From the NCBI GenBank assembly GCA_964531635.1, contig CAZHCZ010000001.1, positions 1,621 to 65,620 of the forward strand: a DNA stretch of 64,000 nucleotides. Direction: 5' to 3'. Position numbers and translations under genes: made by a program. Origin of the DNA: an uncultured Hyphomicrobiales bacterium. Its GTDB lineage: Bacteria; Pseudomonadota; Alphaproteobacteria; Rhizobiales; OSC116. The notes below the pieces were generated by a model that worked only from the letters and a program-made list of their open reading frames with translations, was not told where the DNA came from and searched no databases. Positions 30,322 to 39,016 of the stretch are shown here, piece after piece (position 1 is the first letter of the stretch; every line of letters begins with the position of its first letter).

Positions 30322-30361
30322 TCAAAAAAAAGAGAAGCAAATTCATCTGCTTGCTAGCAAG

Positions 30362-31774
30362 TTAACATTTTGTTAACTGTGTAAACTTTTGTTCCAAAAC
30401 AGAAAAAATTGTTCTAATGCCTTGTGCTTCGCCACCAATGGGGCGTGCGGGGCGGTCAGATATGTTCCATGCGTTCAAATCCCAATGAATATAGACCTCT
30501 GCATTTTCGACAAAGTTATCTAAAAACAGTGCCGCTGTTGTTGCACCTGCTAAGGGCATAGATGATATATTGTTTAAATCCGCAACTTTGCTTTTTAATG
30601 TTTTTGCATAGGGTTTGTGTAACGGCAATTGCCAAACGGGGTCATGAGTTTTTAACGCATGTTTATTTAAGTCCGCCGCGAACTCGGCATCGTCGGTAAA
30701 AAATGCTGCAATTTCAGGCCCTACAGCAACCCGTGCTGCGCCTGTTAAGGTTGCCATATCAAGTAATAAATCTGGAGCATCTTCGTCGGCATAGGCCAAT
30801 AAATCAGCAAGCACCAACCGCCCTTCGGCATCGGTATTGCCAATTTCTACACTTAAACCCTTATAAGATGTCAAAATATCCGATGGTCTAAACGCATCGG
30901 CCGAAACTGAATTTTCGACCGCACCAATAAGCACGGTTAAATCAATCGGCAATTTGGCACTCATAATCATAAAGCATAGACCGATAACATTGGCCGCCCC
31001 GCCCATGTCTTTTTTCATGGTCAACATGCCAGCTGCTGGTTTTAAGTCCAAACCGCCTGTATCAAACACCACGCCTTTGCCAACCAAAGTTACTTTGGGC
31101 AGGTTTTTTGCATCACTGCCACGCCATTGCAATTTTGCCAAGCGTGGCGCGCGCGCACTGGTACTGGCGCGCCCAACCGCATGAACAAGGTTAAAATTAT
31201 TTTTTAATAAATCTTCGCCAATAATCTCGCTATAAGTACCACCAAATTTATCGGCAAGTTTTTTTACTGCATTGCTAAGTTGTTCGGGCCCCATATCATT
31301 GGCAGGGATATTAATTAAATCTCTAACCATAATGGTCGCGTCAATTTTCACCTGAACATCAAACAAATCTACACCATGTCCAACAACTAAGTTTACTTGA
31401 GCTTTTTCATTATTCGCCGTTTGTTTATATCTATCAAAATCATAATCCGCCAAACCAAAAGCCAAATAGGCCACTTCGGCACTATAAAGCATACCCGATA
31501 TTTCATAATTTCCAGCAGGCAATTGGTTTAATTTAGCCAAGTTAAATGGGTCTGCCAATTCAAAATTTTGGGTTTTTTGATTGCCAACACCAAAATAAAC
31601 TTGCGCAATAAAACCCGCCTCGTCTTGAATAATAGCAATCTCTCCTTCGCCAGCGCTAAACTTATTTATGCCCAACCAAGTCATGTGCGCGGCAGGAAAA
31701 TCACCCTTTTCATACATTTCACACGAAATAAGTGCAATTTCTATTGCATTGTCTAAGCCATTAATAAGCGCCAC
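30362..31774 (-). CDS. M17 family leucyl aminopeptidase-like protein
   Basis: VGKGVVFDTGGLDLKP and NTDAEGRLVLAD metal-ligand motifs. 470 aa. Confidence 0.88.
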   Translation of the reverse strand: MALINGLDNAIEIALISCEMYEKGDFPAAHMTWLGINKFSAGEGEIAIIQDEAGFIAQVYFGVGNQKTQNFELADPFNLAKLNQLPAGNYEISGMLYSAEVAYLAFGLADYDFDRYKQTANNEKAQVNLVVGHGVDLFDVQVKIDATIMVRDLINIPANDMGPEQLSNAVKKLADKFGGTYSEIIGEDLLKNNFNLVHAVGRASTSARAPRLAKLQWRGSDAKNLPKVTLVGKGVVFDTGGLDLKPAAGMLTMKKDMGGAANVIGLCFMIMSAKLPIDLTVLIGAVENSVSADAFRPSDILTSYKGLSVEIGNTDAEGRLVLADLLAYADEDAPDLLLDMATLTGAARVAVGPEIAAFFTDDAEFAADLNKHALKTHDPVWQLPLHKPYAKTLKSKVADLNNISSMPLAGATTAALFLDNFVENAEVYIHWDLNAWNISDRPARPIGGEAQGIRTIFSVLEQKFTQLTKC

Positions 31775-31861
31775 ACGCTACTCCTAAATATAATATATAG
31801 TTAACACTTAATTAACAGACTCGCATCATTATAACAACACGTCAATATTCAAAAGACTTAA

Positions 31862-32629
31862 ATGCCCATGTTTATCAAGAAAAGCACCTTCGCTCAACAT
31901 TCACGCAAAGCACTTATCTGCGGGTGTTTTTTGTTATTGGCTAGCTGCGCCACCAATTCCGACCCCACATCGACCGCCAATAACGCACTCACCCCAACAG
32001 GGGACCCTGCGGTAGACCAACAAGCAACTGCATTTCGAAATGTGCAATTGTGGAGCAAGGCTTACCAAGACAACAAATCAAACCCAAGCAATATTATCGG
32101 CTATGCGAAAGCCCTTAGCTCTATTGGCTCGACCGATAGAGCAATAAAGGTTTTAACCGATGGCGCAACAAGCAACCCACAAAACCCCGATATTATCCGC
32201 GCACATGGTCATTTATTAACGCAAAAAAACTTGCTTGGCCCTGCCTTACGCAAAATGCAATTGGCGTTAAAATACAGCCCAAATGATTGGCGTGTTTACA
32301 ACAGCATTGGTGGCTTACATAGCAAAATGGGCGAAAATATTTTGGCTATAAATAGTTTTAAACGCGCCTTAAGCCTTTCGCCTAATAACCCAAACATTCA
32401 TAACGACATGGGTTTGGCTTATATTTTATCTAAAAACTTAAGCCAAGCAGAACGGCATTTAAAAACGGCAGTAAACTTGCCCAATGCCACGGCTAAAATG
32501 CGCGGCAACTATGCCCTAGCACTTGGTCTGCAAGGAAAATATGAGCAATCTAGAAAAATGTTTTTGCAAGATTTAACGCCAGCACAAGCCAATGCTTATA
32601 TCGCCCAGTTTAAAAAACTTAAAGATTAA
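31862..32629 (+). CDS. TPR-repeat lipoprotein (TadD-like)
   Basis: Lipobox LLLASC. Several TPR units (e.g. AINSFKRALSLSPNNPNIHNDMGLAY). Size and architecture match Flp pilus protein TadD, and the gene is ~1.5 kb from the tad locus. Confidence 0.65.
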   Translation: MPMFIKKSTFAQHSRKALICGCFLLLASCATNSDPTSTANNALTPTGDPAVDQQATAFRNVQLWSKAYQDNKSNPSNIIGYAKALSSIGSTDRAIKVLTDGATSNPQNPDIIRAHGHLLTQKNLLGPALRKMQLALKYSPNDWRVYNSIGGLHSKMGENILAINSFKRALSLSPNNPNIHNDMGLAYILSKNLSQAERHLKTAVNLPNATAKMRGNYALALGLQGKYEQSRKMFLQDLTPAQANAYIAQFKKLKD

Positions 32630-32631
32630 AC

Positions 32632-33369
32632 TTAATAATCAATTTGCATAAAATACAAACCCATTGCAGGGGCAACTTCACCACATTTATGGCGATCACA
32701 AGCTTTAAGTGCAGCTTTCATATCATTTGGCGACCAACGCCCCTCGCCTACATTTTTTAAACTGCCAACAAATGACCGCACTTGGTTGTGCATAAATGAA
32801 CGCGCTGATACCTCAATATCAATGGCATCGCCTACAGCCGTAACCATAATTTCATCAACAGTTTTTATAGGCGATTTTGCCTGACAATGCACCGACCTAA
32901 ATGTCGTAAAATCATGATGACCAATAAGACAACGTGCCGCTTGTTGCATATCAGTAACATTTAACGGCGGTTTTACATGCCACGCCAAGCCTTTATCAAT
33001 GGTCAATGGTGGGCGGCGGTTTATAATCCTATATATATAGTGTCGTTGTTTTGCGTCAAACCGTGCATCAAAATTATTATCGACCCGCTTTGCCGATAAA
33101 ATAGCAATCGGGTCAGGTTTTAAATGAAAGTTTAATGCATCTCTTATTTTGCAGCAATCCCATTCTTCTTCCAAATCAAAATGCGCCACTTGCCCCAAAG
33201 CATGAACGCCCGAATCTGTTCTCCCTGCACCATTAATGCGCGGTTTTGTTTTAATAAACTTTGCTAATGCTTGTTCGAGCTGGCCCTGTACAGTGCGCCC
33301 ACTGTCTTGAATTTGCCAGCCAAAGAATGGTGCGCCATTATATTCAATTGTTAATTTATATCGGTACAT
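32632..33369 (-). CDS. truA: tRNA pseudouridine(38-40) synthase TruA
   Basis: GAGRTDSGVHALGQVAHFD catalytic motif. 245 aa. Confidence 0.95.
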   Translation of the reverse strand: MYRYKLTIEYNGAPFFGWQIQDSGRTVQGQLEQALAKFIKTKPRINGAGRTDSGVHALGQVAHFDLEEEWDCCKIRDALNFHLKPDPIAILSAKRVDNNFDARFDAKQRHYIYRIINRRPPLTIDKGLAWHVKPPLNVTDMQQAARCLIGHHDFTTFRSVHCQAKSPIKTVDEIMVTAVGDAIDIEVSARSFMHNQVRSFVGSLKNVGEGRWSPNDMKAALKACDRHKCGEVAPAMGLYFMQIDY

Positions 33370-33394
33370 TTAGGGTCTTTAGATAAACATAGGC

Positions 33395-33991
33395 TTAGTT
33401 TTGTGGCGGTAATATTGTGAATGTTTGAAAAGTTTCGTTCGGCGCATCATCTTCATCGCCTGTCGGCGTTGATACTGCAGATATAAAGTCAAATTCACCC
33501 GTAGCAGCGGCAGCCGCACTTGCGGCACCTTCAACTTGAGCCATTCTTGCGCTAATCGCTCCCAAATTATTAGTAAACACTTCTATATCGTCATTAGCAT
33601 TGATAATGCTTTCACAATATGGTGCGCAACTAAAGCTTGCTTGCTTCGAACCATTAAACATTGTTAAATTATTGGTCTGTTCTTCTTGCACTGCCAAATC
33701 ATAATTATATAGCGTATTGCCTTTATCGTCTAAAATAATAATATTGGTTCGCCCGCTGGATTTTCCTGTTAACACAACTATATTATTATCTTGAACGCTA
33801 ACATCGGCAATAGCAGGGTTGCCAATTATAATTGTCGATGGCGTAGAGACTAATTTTAAAATGCTGGCTTTATTCACTTCAATGCGCAGAGTTTGTACAG
33901 CCAATGCTTGGGTTGCTACAAATATAAATAAAATGAACAAAATAATTTTATACAGGTAATTTTTAAAGTTAATAACATTGATTATAGACAT
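33395..33991 (-). CDS. secreted pilus-assembly N-terminal-domain protein
   Basis: Signal peptide, then LRIEVNKASILKL...IIIGNPAIADVSV...GKSSGRTNIIILD. This resembles the N-terminal domain of the CpaC secretin in this window (LVIELPRNARDILIGNPEIAEVV...GKKNGSTNIIYFD). Divergent from the flp genes. Confidence 0.65.
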   Translation of the reverse strand: MSIINVINFKNYLYKIILFILFIFVATQALAVQTLRIEVNKASILKLVSTPSTIIIGNPAIADVSVQDNNIVVLTGKSSGRTNIIILDDKGNTLYNYDLAVQEEQTNNLTMFNGSKQASFSCAPYCESIINANDDIEVFTNNLGAISARMAQVEGAASAAAAATGEFDFISAVSTPTGDEDDAPNETFQTFTILPPQN

Positions 33992-34255
33992 AAAAGCGTC
34001 CTTTATTAGATGGAAAACCCAATATTCAATAATTTATTGTGTGTTTTGCCAAAGTGTTTCTTATATTTCACCCTAGCCTTAACCGTAAAAGGTGAACGAA
34101 TTGCAAATATTTTATAAAAATGTACCAAATAAACACAAACCATTCCCAAAGAACCTAGACCAATTAAAAGATACTATAAAATGCAATGTTATTTTTACCC
34201 CAATTCAAATAAATCCCACTCAATAACTTACTTAAATTGTGATTATATCAAAACA

Positions 34256-34270
34256 TTAACAACTTATTAA
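34256..34270 (+). promoter_or_regulatory. CtrA-box-like motif TTAA-N7-TTAA upstream of flp1
   Basis: TTAACAACTTATTAA. The homologous position in cassette 2 is TTACCACCTGATTAA, i.e. one half-site degenerate. Confidence 0.25.
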
Positions 34271-34298
34271 CTACGATACTCTTGCAAAATATTCGCTA

Positions 34299-34313
34299 TT
34301 AATAAATAATTAA
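34299..34313 (+). promoter_or_regulatory. CtrA-box-like motif TTAA-N7-TTAA upstream of flp1, conserved in cassette 2
   Basis: TTAATAAATAATTAA. Very AT-rich context, so a chance match is likely. Confidence 0.3.
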
Positions 34314-34511
34314 TCACGTTAATCTTCGTTATATTAAATAAACCTTAAATATACCCTAAACATACATCAAACATATACTTAAGTTATTTCTTCGTATATT
34401 GAATCGTTGCATTAACACGTTGGTAATAATTGAGATATATATTACATATAGTTCAAGTTAAAATAACTTAACTTGAGTGGTGCTTAAAATAACGTGTATG
34501 GAGTATATCTT

Positions 34512-34682
34512 ATGAAAAATTTACTAAAAAACTTTGTTGCTGACGAATCTGGTGCAACTGCAATTGAATATGGTTTAATCGCTGCTGGTATTGCTATTGC
34601 AATCATCGCTGCTATTCAAACATTAGGTACTGATCTTGGTGCTCTATTCGGTAAGGTTAGCGTAGCAGTTAAGGCAGCGTAA
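34512..34682 (+). CDS. flp: Flp family type IVb pilin
   Basis: MKNLLKNFVADESGATAIEYGLIAAGIAIAIIAA... has the Flp motif (G/ATAIEYGLI). GGAG lies 9 nt upstream of ATG 34512. The track ORF starts at an upstream GTG. Confidence 0.9.
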   Translation: MKNLLKNFVADESGATAIEYGLIAAGIAIAIIAAIQTLGTDLGALFGKVSVAVKAA

Positions 34683-34714
34683 GTACATAATCTAAACAAT
34701 AGATTATATTTGAA

Positions 34715-34746
34715 ATGGTCTCAGATTTTCTGAGGCCATTTTTTGT
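34715..34746 (+). terminator. rho-independent terminator after flp1
   Basis: ATGGTCTCA-gattttc-TGAGGCCAT (9 bp including one GU), followed by TTTTTGTG. Confidence 0.65.
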
Positions 34747-34927
34747 GATATTGTTTTAAATTTTCAGTATAAAAATATGTTCAAAAACTTTACTATTAAA
34801 AATGCTATAAAATACAACCTATTATTACCCCAAATTAAATAAACTCCAGCCCAAACCAACCTACGGAATGGTTATATTAAAATATTACCACCTGATTAAC
34901 CACGATATTCTTTCAGAACACCCAATA

Positions 34928-34942
34928 TTAATTAATAATTAA
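34928..34942 (+). promoter_or_regulatory. CtrA-box-like motif TTAA-N7-TTAA upstream of flp2
   Basis: TTAATTAATAATTAA, at the position homologous to 34299..34313. Confidence 0.3.
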
Positions 34943-35130
34943 CCCTGTTAAACTTGTATATATTGAATATATATTAAATATACTTTACATATATACTTTA
35001 GTTATAGACATCTATATTAAAGAGTTGCTGTTAACAAATTAGTAACAACTAGTATCTATATTATAAATAGTTCAAATTGAAATTATTTATTTAGAACAGT
35101 GCTTAAAATAACGTGTATGGAGTATATCTT

Positions 35131-35310
35131 ATGAAAAATTTACTAAAAAACTTTGTTGCGGACCAGTCTGGTGCAACTGCAATTGAATATGGTCTAATCG
35201 CTGCTGGTATTGCTATTGCAATCATCGCGGCGGTTCAAACATTAGGCACTGACATTGGTGCGCTGTTCGGTGAAGTTAGCACAGCAGTCAAGGCGGTTCC
35301 TGTAGCATAA
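35131..35310 (+). CDS. flp: Flp family type IVb pilin (second copy)
   Basis: MKNLLKNFVADQSGATAIEYGLIAAGIAIAIIAAVQTLGTDIGALFGEVSTAVKAVPVA, with the same RBS and leader as flp1. Confidence 0.9.
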   Translation: MKNLLKNFVADQSGATAIEYGLIAAGIAIAIIAAVQTLGTDIGALFGEVSTAVKAVPVA

Positions 35311-35335
35311 TAATCTAAGCAATAGATTGTGTTTA

Positions 35336-35367
35336 AACGGTTTCAATTTTTTGAGACCGTTTTTTTA
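35336..35367 (+). terminator. rho-independent terminator after flp2
   Basis: AACGGTTTCA-attttt-TGAGACCGTT (10 bp including one GU), followed by TTTTTATG. Confidence 0.65.
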
Positions 35368-35497
35368 TGCCTAATCCAACAAACCTCTAGCCCTACTTTG
35401 GTATTAACCCAAATTTTTTAGTTAAAAACCTCACCTGTTAAGAAATCATTTACCATAACATGCGATTTTGCATGTGATAGAAATTTATAGGTGTGTA

Positions 35498-36013
35498 ATG
35501 AGTGAATTGATTAATATTTTTATAAAACTTTTTTTCCCAACAATGATGATGGGCATCATTGTCTATGATTTTTTTACCCTAACTATACCCAATACGCTCA
35601 ATGCTTTAATTTTTATTGGCTTTATTGCTATTGTTTTTATAACAAATATGCCTCTTATCGACTCTGCTTGGCACATTTTAACGGCAATTTTGGTTCTTAT
35701 AGTCGGTTTTGGGTTGTTTGCCGCCAATATGTTTGGCGGAGGCGATGCCAAAAGCATTGCCGCAGTTGCCGCATGGTTTGGTTGGCAAATGGAAACACTC
35801 TATTTTTTAATTCTAACCGCTTTGCTCGGGGGAATTTTTGCCCTCATTCTGCTCGTTGTTAGAAATAAAAGCATCCAACATATGTTGCCTGAAAAAATTA
35901 AAAACATTGAATGGGTGGAGGCTATTGTTACGCCAAAAGCCCGCATGCCCTATGGCGTGGCTATTGGTGCAGCAGGTTTGTATCTATATTCACCCGAAAA
36001 ATGGTTGGTATAA
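35498..36013 (+). CDS. cpaA: A24 family prepilin peptidase CpaA/TadV
   Basis: Polytopic membrane protein with a GGGDAK active-site motif. Start taken at ATG 35498 (MSELINIF...). Directly downstream of the flp genes. Confidence 0.85.
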   Translation: MSELINIFIKLFFPTMMMGIIVYDFFTLTIPNTLNALIFIGFIAIVFITNMPLIDSAWHILTAILVLIVGFGLFAANMFGGGDAKSIAAVAAWFGWQMETLYFLILTALLGGIFALILLVVRNKSIQHMLPEKIKNIEWVEAIVTPKARMPYGVAIGAAGLYLYSPEKWLV

Positions 36014-36058
36014 GTTTAAAGTAAGAACAGAAAAGTAAAGTTTTAAAGGATAATAATA

Positions 36059-36808
36059 ATGAATATGTCAAAAATATTAATCATCGTCATCGCCCTAGGC
36101 GCTGCCATTGGCGCGATGATGTTATCTCAAAGCTTAATGGAACCTGAACAACAACAAATTGCCGCACCTATTATACAAGAGGTTGAAAAGGTCGATATAC
36201 TATTAGCCGCAAGCACTATGAAAATGGGTCAAAGAGTACGCTCGCGCGATGTGGAGTGGCGGGCTTGGCCTAAAGAAATGCTTCGCGATACTATGATTAC
36301 ACGTGATGATAATGACGATAAAATGCAGAAAGCGGTGGGTTCTATTGTCAAGGTTCAAATAGATGAAGGCGACCCAATACGGTTTTCAAAATTGGTAAAC
36401 CCCGAGAATGGCGGACTATTATCGGCCATTTTAGCCCCAGGAATGCGCGCAATCAGCACCCCAATTTCACCAGAAACGGGCGCAGGTGGGTTTATTTTAC
36501 CCAATGATAAAGTCGATGTTTTATTGGCCAAAGAAGATAAAAGTGGGAAAATACGTATATCAACAATCTTATCCAATATCAGGGTTTTGGCTATTGACCA
36601 AACCATCAGAGAAGAAGATGGCGAACAGGTTGTCGTTGGTAGAACAGCAACCCTTGAGCTTAACTCCATACAGTCTGAAGCCCTAACATTAGCCAATAGC
36701 GAAGGCAGCTTAACATTAAGTTTGCGAAGCCTTGCCGACCGTAATGTAACCGAAGAATCTATAACACGTAAGAAAAAACTAACTATTTTACGCAGTGGGA
36801 GGTCATAA
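36059..36808 (+). CDS. cpaB: Flp pilus assembly protein CpaB/RcpC
   Basis: N-terminal TM helix, SAF-like region and RcpC region (IRVLAIDQ). Position in the locus. Confidence 0.88.
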   Translation: MNMSKILIIVIALGAAIGAMMLSQSLMEPEQQQIAAPIIQEVEKVDILLAASTMKMGQRVRSRDVEWRAWPKEMLRDTMITRDDNDDKMQKAVGSIVKVQIDEGDPIRFSKLVNPENGGLLSAILAPGMRAISTPISPETGAGGFILPNDKVDVLLAKEDKSGKIRISTILSNIRVLAIDQTIREEDGEQVVVGRTATLELNSIQSEALTLANSEGSLTLSLRSLADRNVTEESITRKKKLTILRSGRS

Positions 36809-36810
36809 TA

Positions 36811-38292
36811 ATGCACGTTTTATCTCACCTTAAAACTAAAACACCTGTATATCGGTTCAATATTTTACAAAAAATGAGCTTATTGTTAATGGCAGCTTTA
36901 TTGCTTAGCTTAACAAATGTCATGCCCGTCTATGCCGATGAAGACAGTTACATAAAAATTAAAAGCTCAAAAACCGTTGTAACCCGTACGGTTAATTTGG
37001 GTAAAGATAAAACTCTGGTAATCGAGCTGCCGCGTAATGCCCGCGATATTTTAATCGGCAACCCCGAAATTGCCGAAGTTGTTGCCCGTAGTGCGCGTAA
37101 ATCTTATGTCATTGGCAAAAAAAATGGTTCGACCAATATTATTTATTTCGATGCCCGCAACCGCCGCATTGCCAATATTATCATAAATATTGAACCTGCA
37201 ACTTCGGCATTGGCCAACCTATTTTCTAGTAAAATGCCCGGAACGCGTATTAATGTCGAAGCCATAAATGGCAATATTGTTCTATCTGGGCAAGTTCGAA
37301 GTGCTTCTCAAGTTGGGCGTGCGGTGGCTATTGCCAGTAAATATATAAATAATGGTGAATCATCCGACGGTAAATTAGACACTAAAAATGTTATCAATAT
37401 GCTCACTTATAACGCACGTGAACAAGTTATGTTAAAAGTTTCTATTGTCGAAATGCAACGTAATAGTGTTAAACAGTTGGGCATTAACTTAGCGGCTATC
37501 GGCAATGTTGGTTCATCTATTATTAATTTTGCTAATGGCAACCCCTTTACATTGGGCAACGCAGCAGGTGGGCTAACAACATCCATCAGCAATGGCGGCT
37601 CCAGTGCGATGATTAGGGCTTTAGAGCAAATTGGTGTCGTTAGAACCCTTGCCGAACCTGTTCTGACCGCTATATCAGGCGAAACCGCAAACTTTTTGGC
37701 AGGTGGTGAAATTCCTATCCCCGCAGGTTATGACCCGGAAACAAATACAGTTTCTATCGAATATAAACCCTTTGGTGTTGGTTTAACCTTTACTCCTGTT
37801 GTGTTAGACAGAGGGCGCATTAGCCTAAAAGTCAATACCGAGGTTAGCGAAATTGTCGCCGATGGCTCAATTGCTATCAATGAAAACCTTACACTTCCAT
37901 CTATAAAAGTGCGTCGCGCTACCACTACGGTTGAACTGCCATCAGGCGGGTCGTTAGTCTTGGCAGGGCTTATTCAAGAATCAACCAAAAAAACCATTTC
38001 TGGTGTACCATTCTTTAAAGATATACCAATTTTAGGCTCATTATTTAGAAGTGTTGATTTTATTAATAACGAAACCGAGTTGGTGATTATAGCCACCCCC
38101 TATATTGTCGACCCAACATCACAAGCAAGCTTAGGCAGGCCTGATGCAGGCTTTAAAGTTACCGATGATTTTTCAGGAACATTTATGGGACAAATCAACG
38201 CCATTTATGGCGGAGGTGATGCCAGCGGTGTTGCCAATGGTATAAATAATATTAACCTCGCCAAAGATTTTGGTTTTGTAGGAGAACAATAA
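36811..38292 (+). CDS. cpaC: Flp pilus secretin CpaC/RcpA
   Basis: Pilus N-terminal domain plus the secretin C-terminal domain (VELPSGGSLVLAGLI, VPFFKDIPILGSLFRS, ELVIIATPYIV). The true start may be the internal ATG at 36874 (MSLLLMAALLL signal peptide). Confidence 0.92.
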   Translation: MHVLSHLKTKTPVYRFNILQKMSLLLMAALLLSLTNVMPVYADEDSYIKIKSSKTVVTRTVNLGKDKTLVIELPRNARDILIGNPEIAEVVARSARKSYVIGKKNGSTNIIYFDARNRRIANIIINIEPATSALANLFSSKMPGTRINVEAINGNIVLSGQVRSASQVGRAVAIASKYINNGESSDGKLDTKNVINMLTYNAREQVMLKVSIVEMQRNSVKQLGINLAAIGNVGSSIINFANGNPFTLGNAAGGLTTSISNGGSSAMIRALEQIGVVRTLAEPVLTAISGETANFLAGGEIPIPAGYDPETNTVSIEYKPFGVGLTFTPVVLDRGRISLKVNTEVSEIVADGSIAINENLTLPSIKVRRATTTVELPSGGSLVLAGLIQESTKKTISGVPFFKDIPILGSLFRSVDFINNETELVIIATPYIVDPTSQASLGRPDAGFKVTDDFSGTFMGQINAIYGGGDASGVANGINNINLAKDFGFVGEQ

Positions 38293-38293
38293 T

Positions 38294-39016
38294 ATGACAA
38301 ATATACTTCAAACATTCGTCAAAAAAAGTGGCATTAAAAGTTTTGTTATGCTGCTGGCAGCACTAAGCTTAAGTGGTTGTGCCCAAACTTATTCAACCCC
38401 TCAAGGTGGCAATATTAATCAGCCTGACTTTCAGCGCAATAACCCAATAAAAGTTACACAAGGCAAACAAGAAATAGACCTTGTGCCGCCAAAAGGTGCT
38501 TACGGTTTAACACCAGGGCAAGTGGCAGCATCGGCAAGTTTTATTATAGATTATATGGACAAAGGCGAAGGGCGGTTAGAAATTTGGGCGCCACGCGGCA
38601 ATAAAAACACTGCGGCTATAAATCGCGCTCAGAAAACCATTAAAAATATTTTATACGATGCAGCAATCCCCAATTCAGCTATCGATTACCGAAGCTATAA
38701 TGCCCATGGCAATAGCAAAGCGCCTCTTGGCATGAAATTTAAGCGCTATTATGCGAGTGTTGAAAAGTGCGGCGGCATTAGAACAAATTTAGGTGCAAAT
38801 TATAACAATGTAAATTATAAAAGCTTTGGCTGTGCTTATCAAACAAACATCGCGGCAATGGTTTCGAACCCTAAAGATTTATTAGGACCGGGTGCTATGA
38901 GTGGTGCATCAGCCGAAAGGCGTCAAATAATTTGGGCAAAATATGTTGCAGGTCAGCCCACAGGAGCAACACGCTCTGCCGATGAAAGAGTTTTAATTAA
39001 GGATGTCGCAAAATGA
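38294..39016 (+). CDS. cpaD: pilus assembly lipoprotein CpaD
   Basis: Lipobox LSLSGC. 240 aa. Sits between the secretin gene and cpaE, as in Caulobacter-type loci. Confidence 0.75.
   Translation: MTNILQTFVKKSGIKSFVMLLAALSLSGCAQTYSTPQGGNINQPDFQRNNPIKVTQGKQEIDLVPPKGAYGLTPGQVAASASFIIDYMDKGEGRLEIWAPRGNKNTAAINRAQKTIKNILYDAAIPNSAIDYRSYNAHGNSKAPLGMKFKRYYASVEKCGGIRTNLGANYNNVNYKSFGCAYQTNIAAMVSNPKDLLGPGAMSGASAERRQIIWAKYVAGQPTGATRSADERVLIKDVAK

Larger units (their letters stand above)
34171..35367 (+). repeat. tandem duplication of a ~575-bp flp cassette (long leader + flp + terminator), period ~630 bp
   Basis: 34171..34746 aligns with 34801..35367. The 35 nt before each ATG and the first 17 codons are nearly identical. 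The upstream leader and 3' UTR are recognisably homologous but diverged. Confidence 0.85.

Noticed and set aside
30324-30352. Possible terminator for the aminopeptidase gene (AAGCA-N8-TGCTT next to an A8/T8 run)
   Set aside because: The stem is only 5 bp and is separated from the T-run. That is too weak to call.
33992-34511. Sigma-54 (-24 TGGCAC / -12 TTGC) promoters upstream of flp, the MCP gene and the GltB-like operon
   Set aside because: Only fragments with wrong spacing or a missing GC element were found, for example TGGCAA..ACAA on the minus strand near 34050 and GGCTTAATATGC near 56750.
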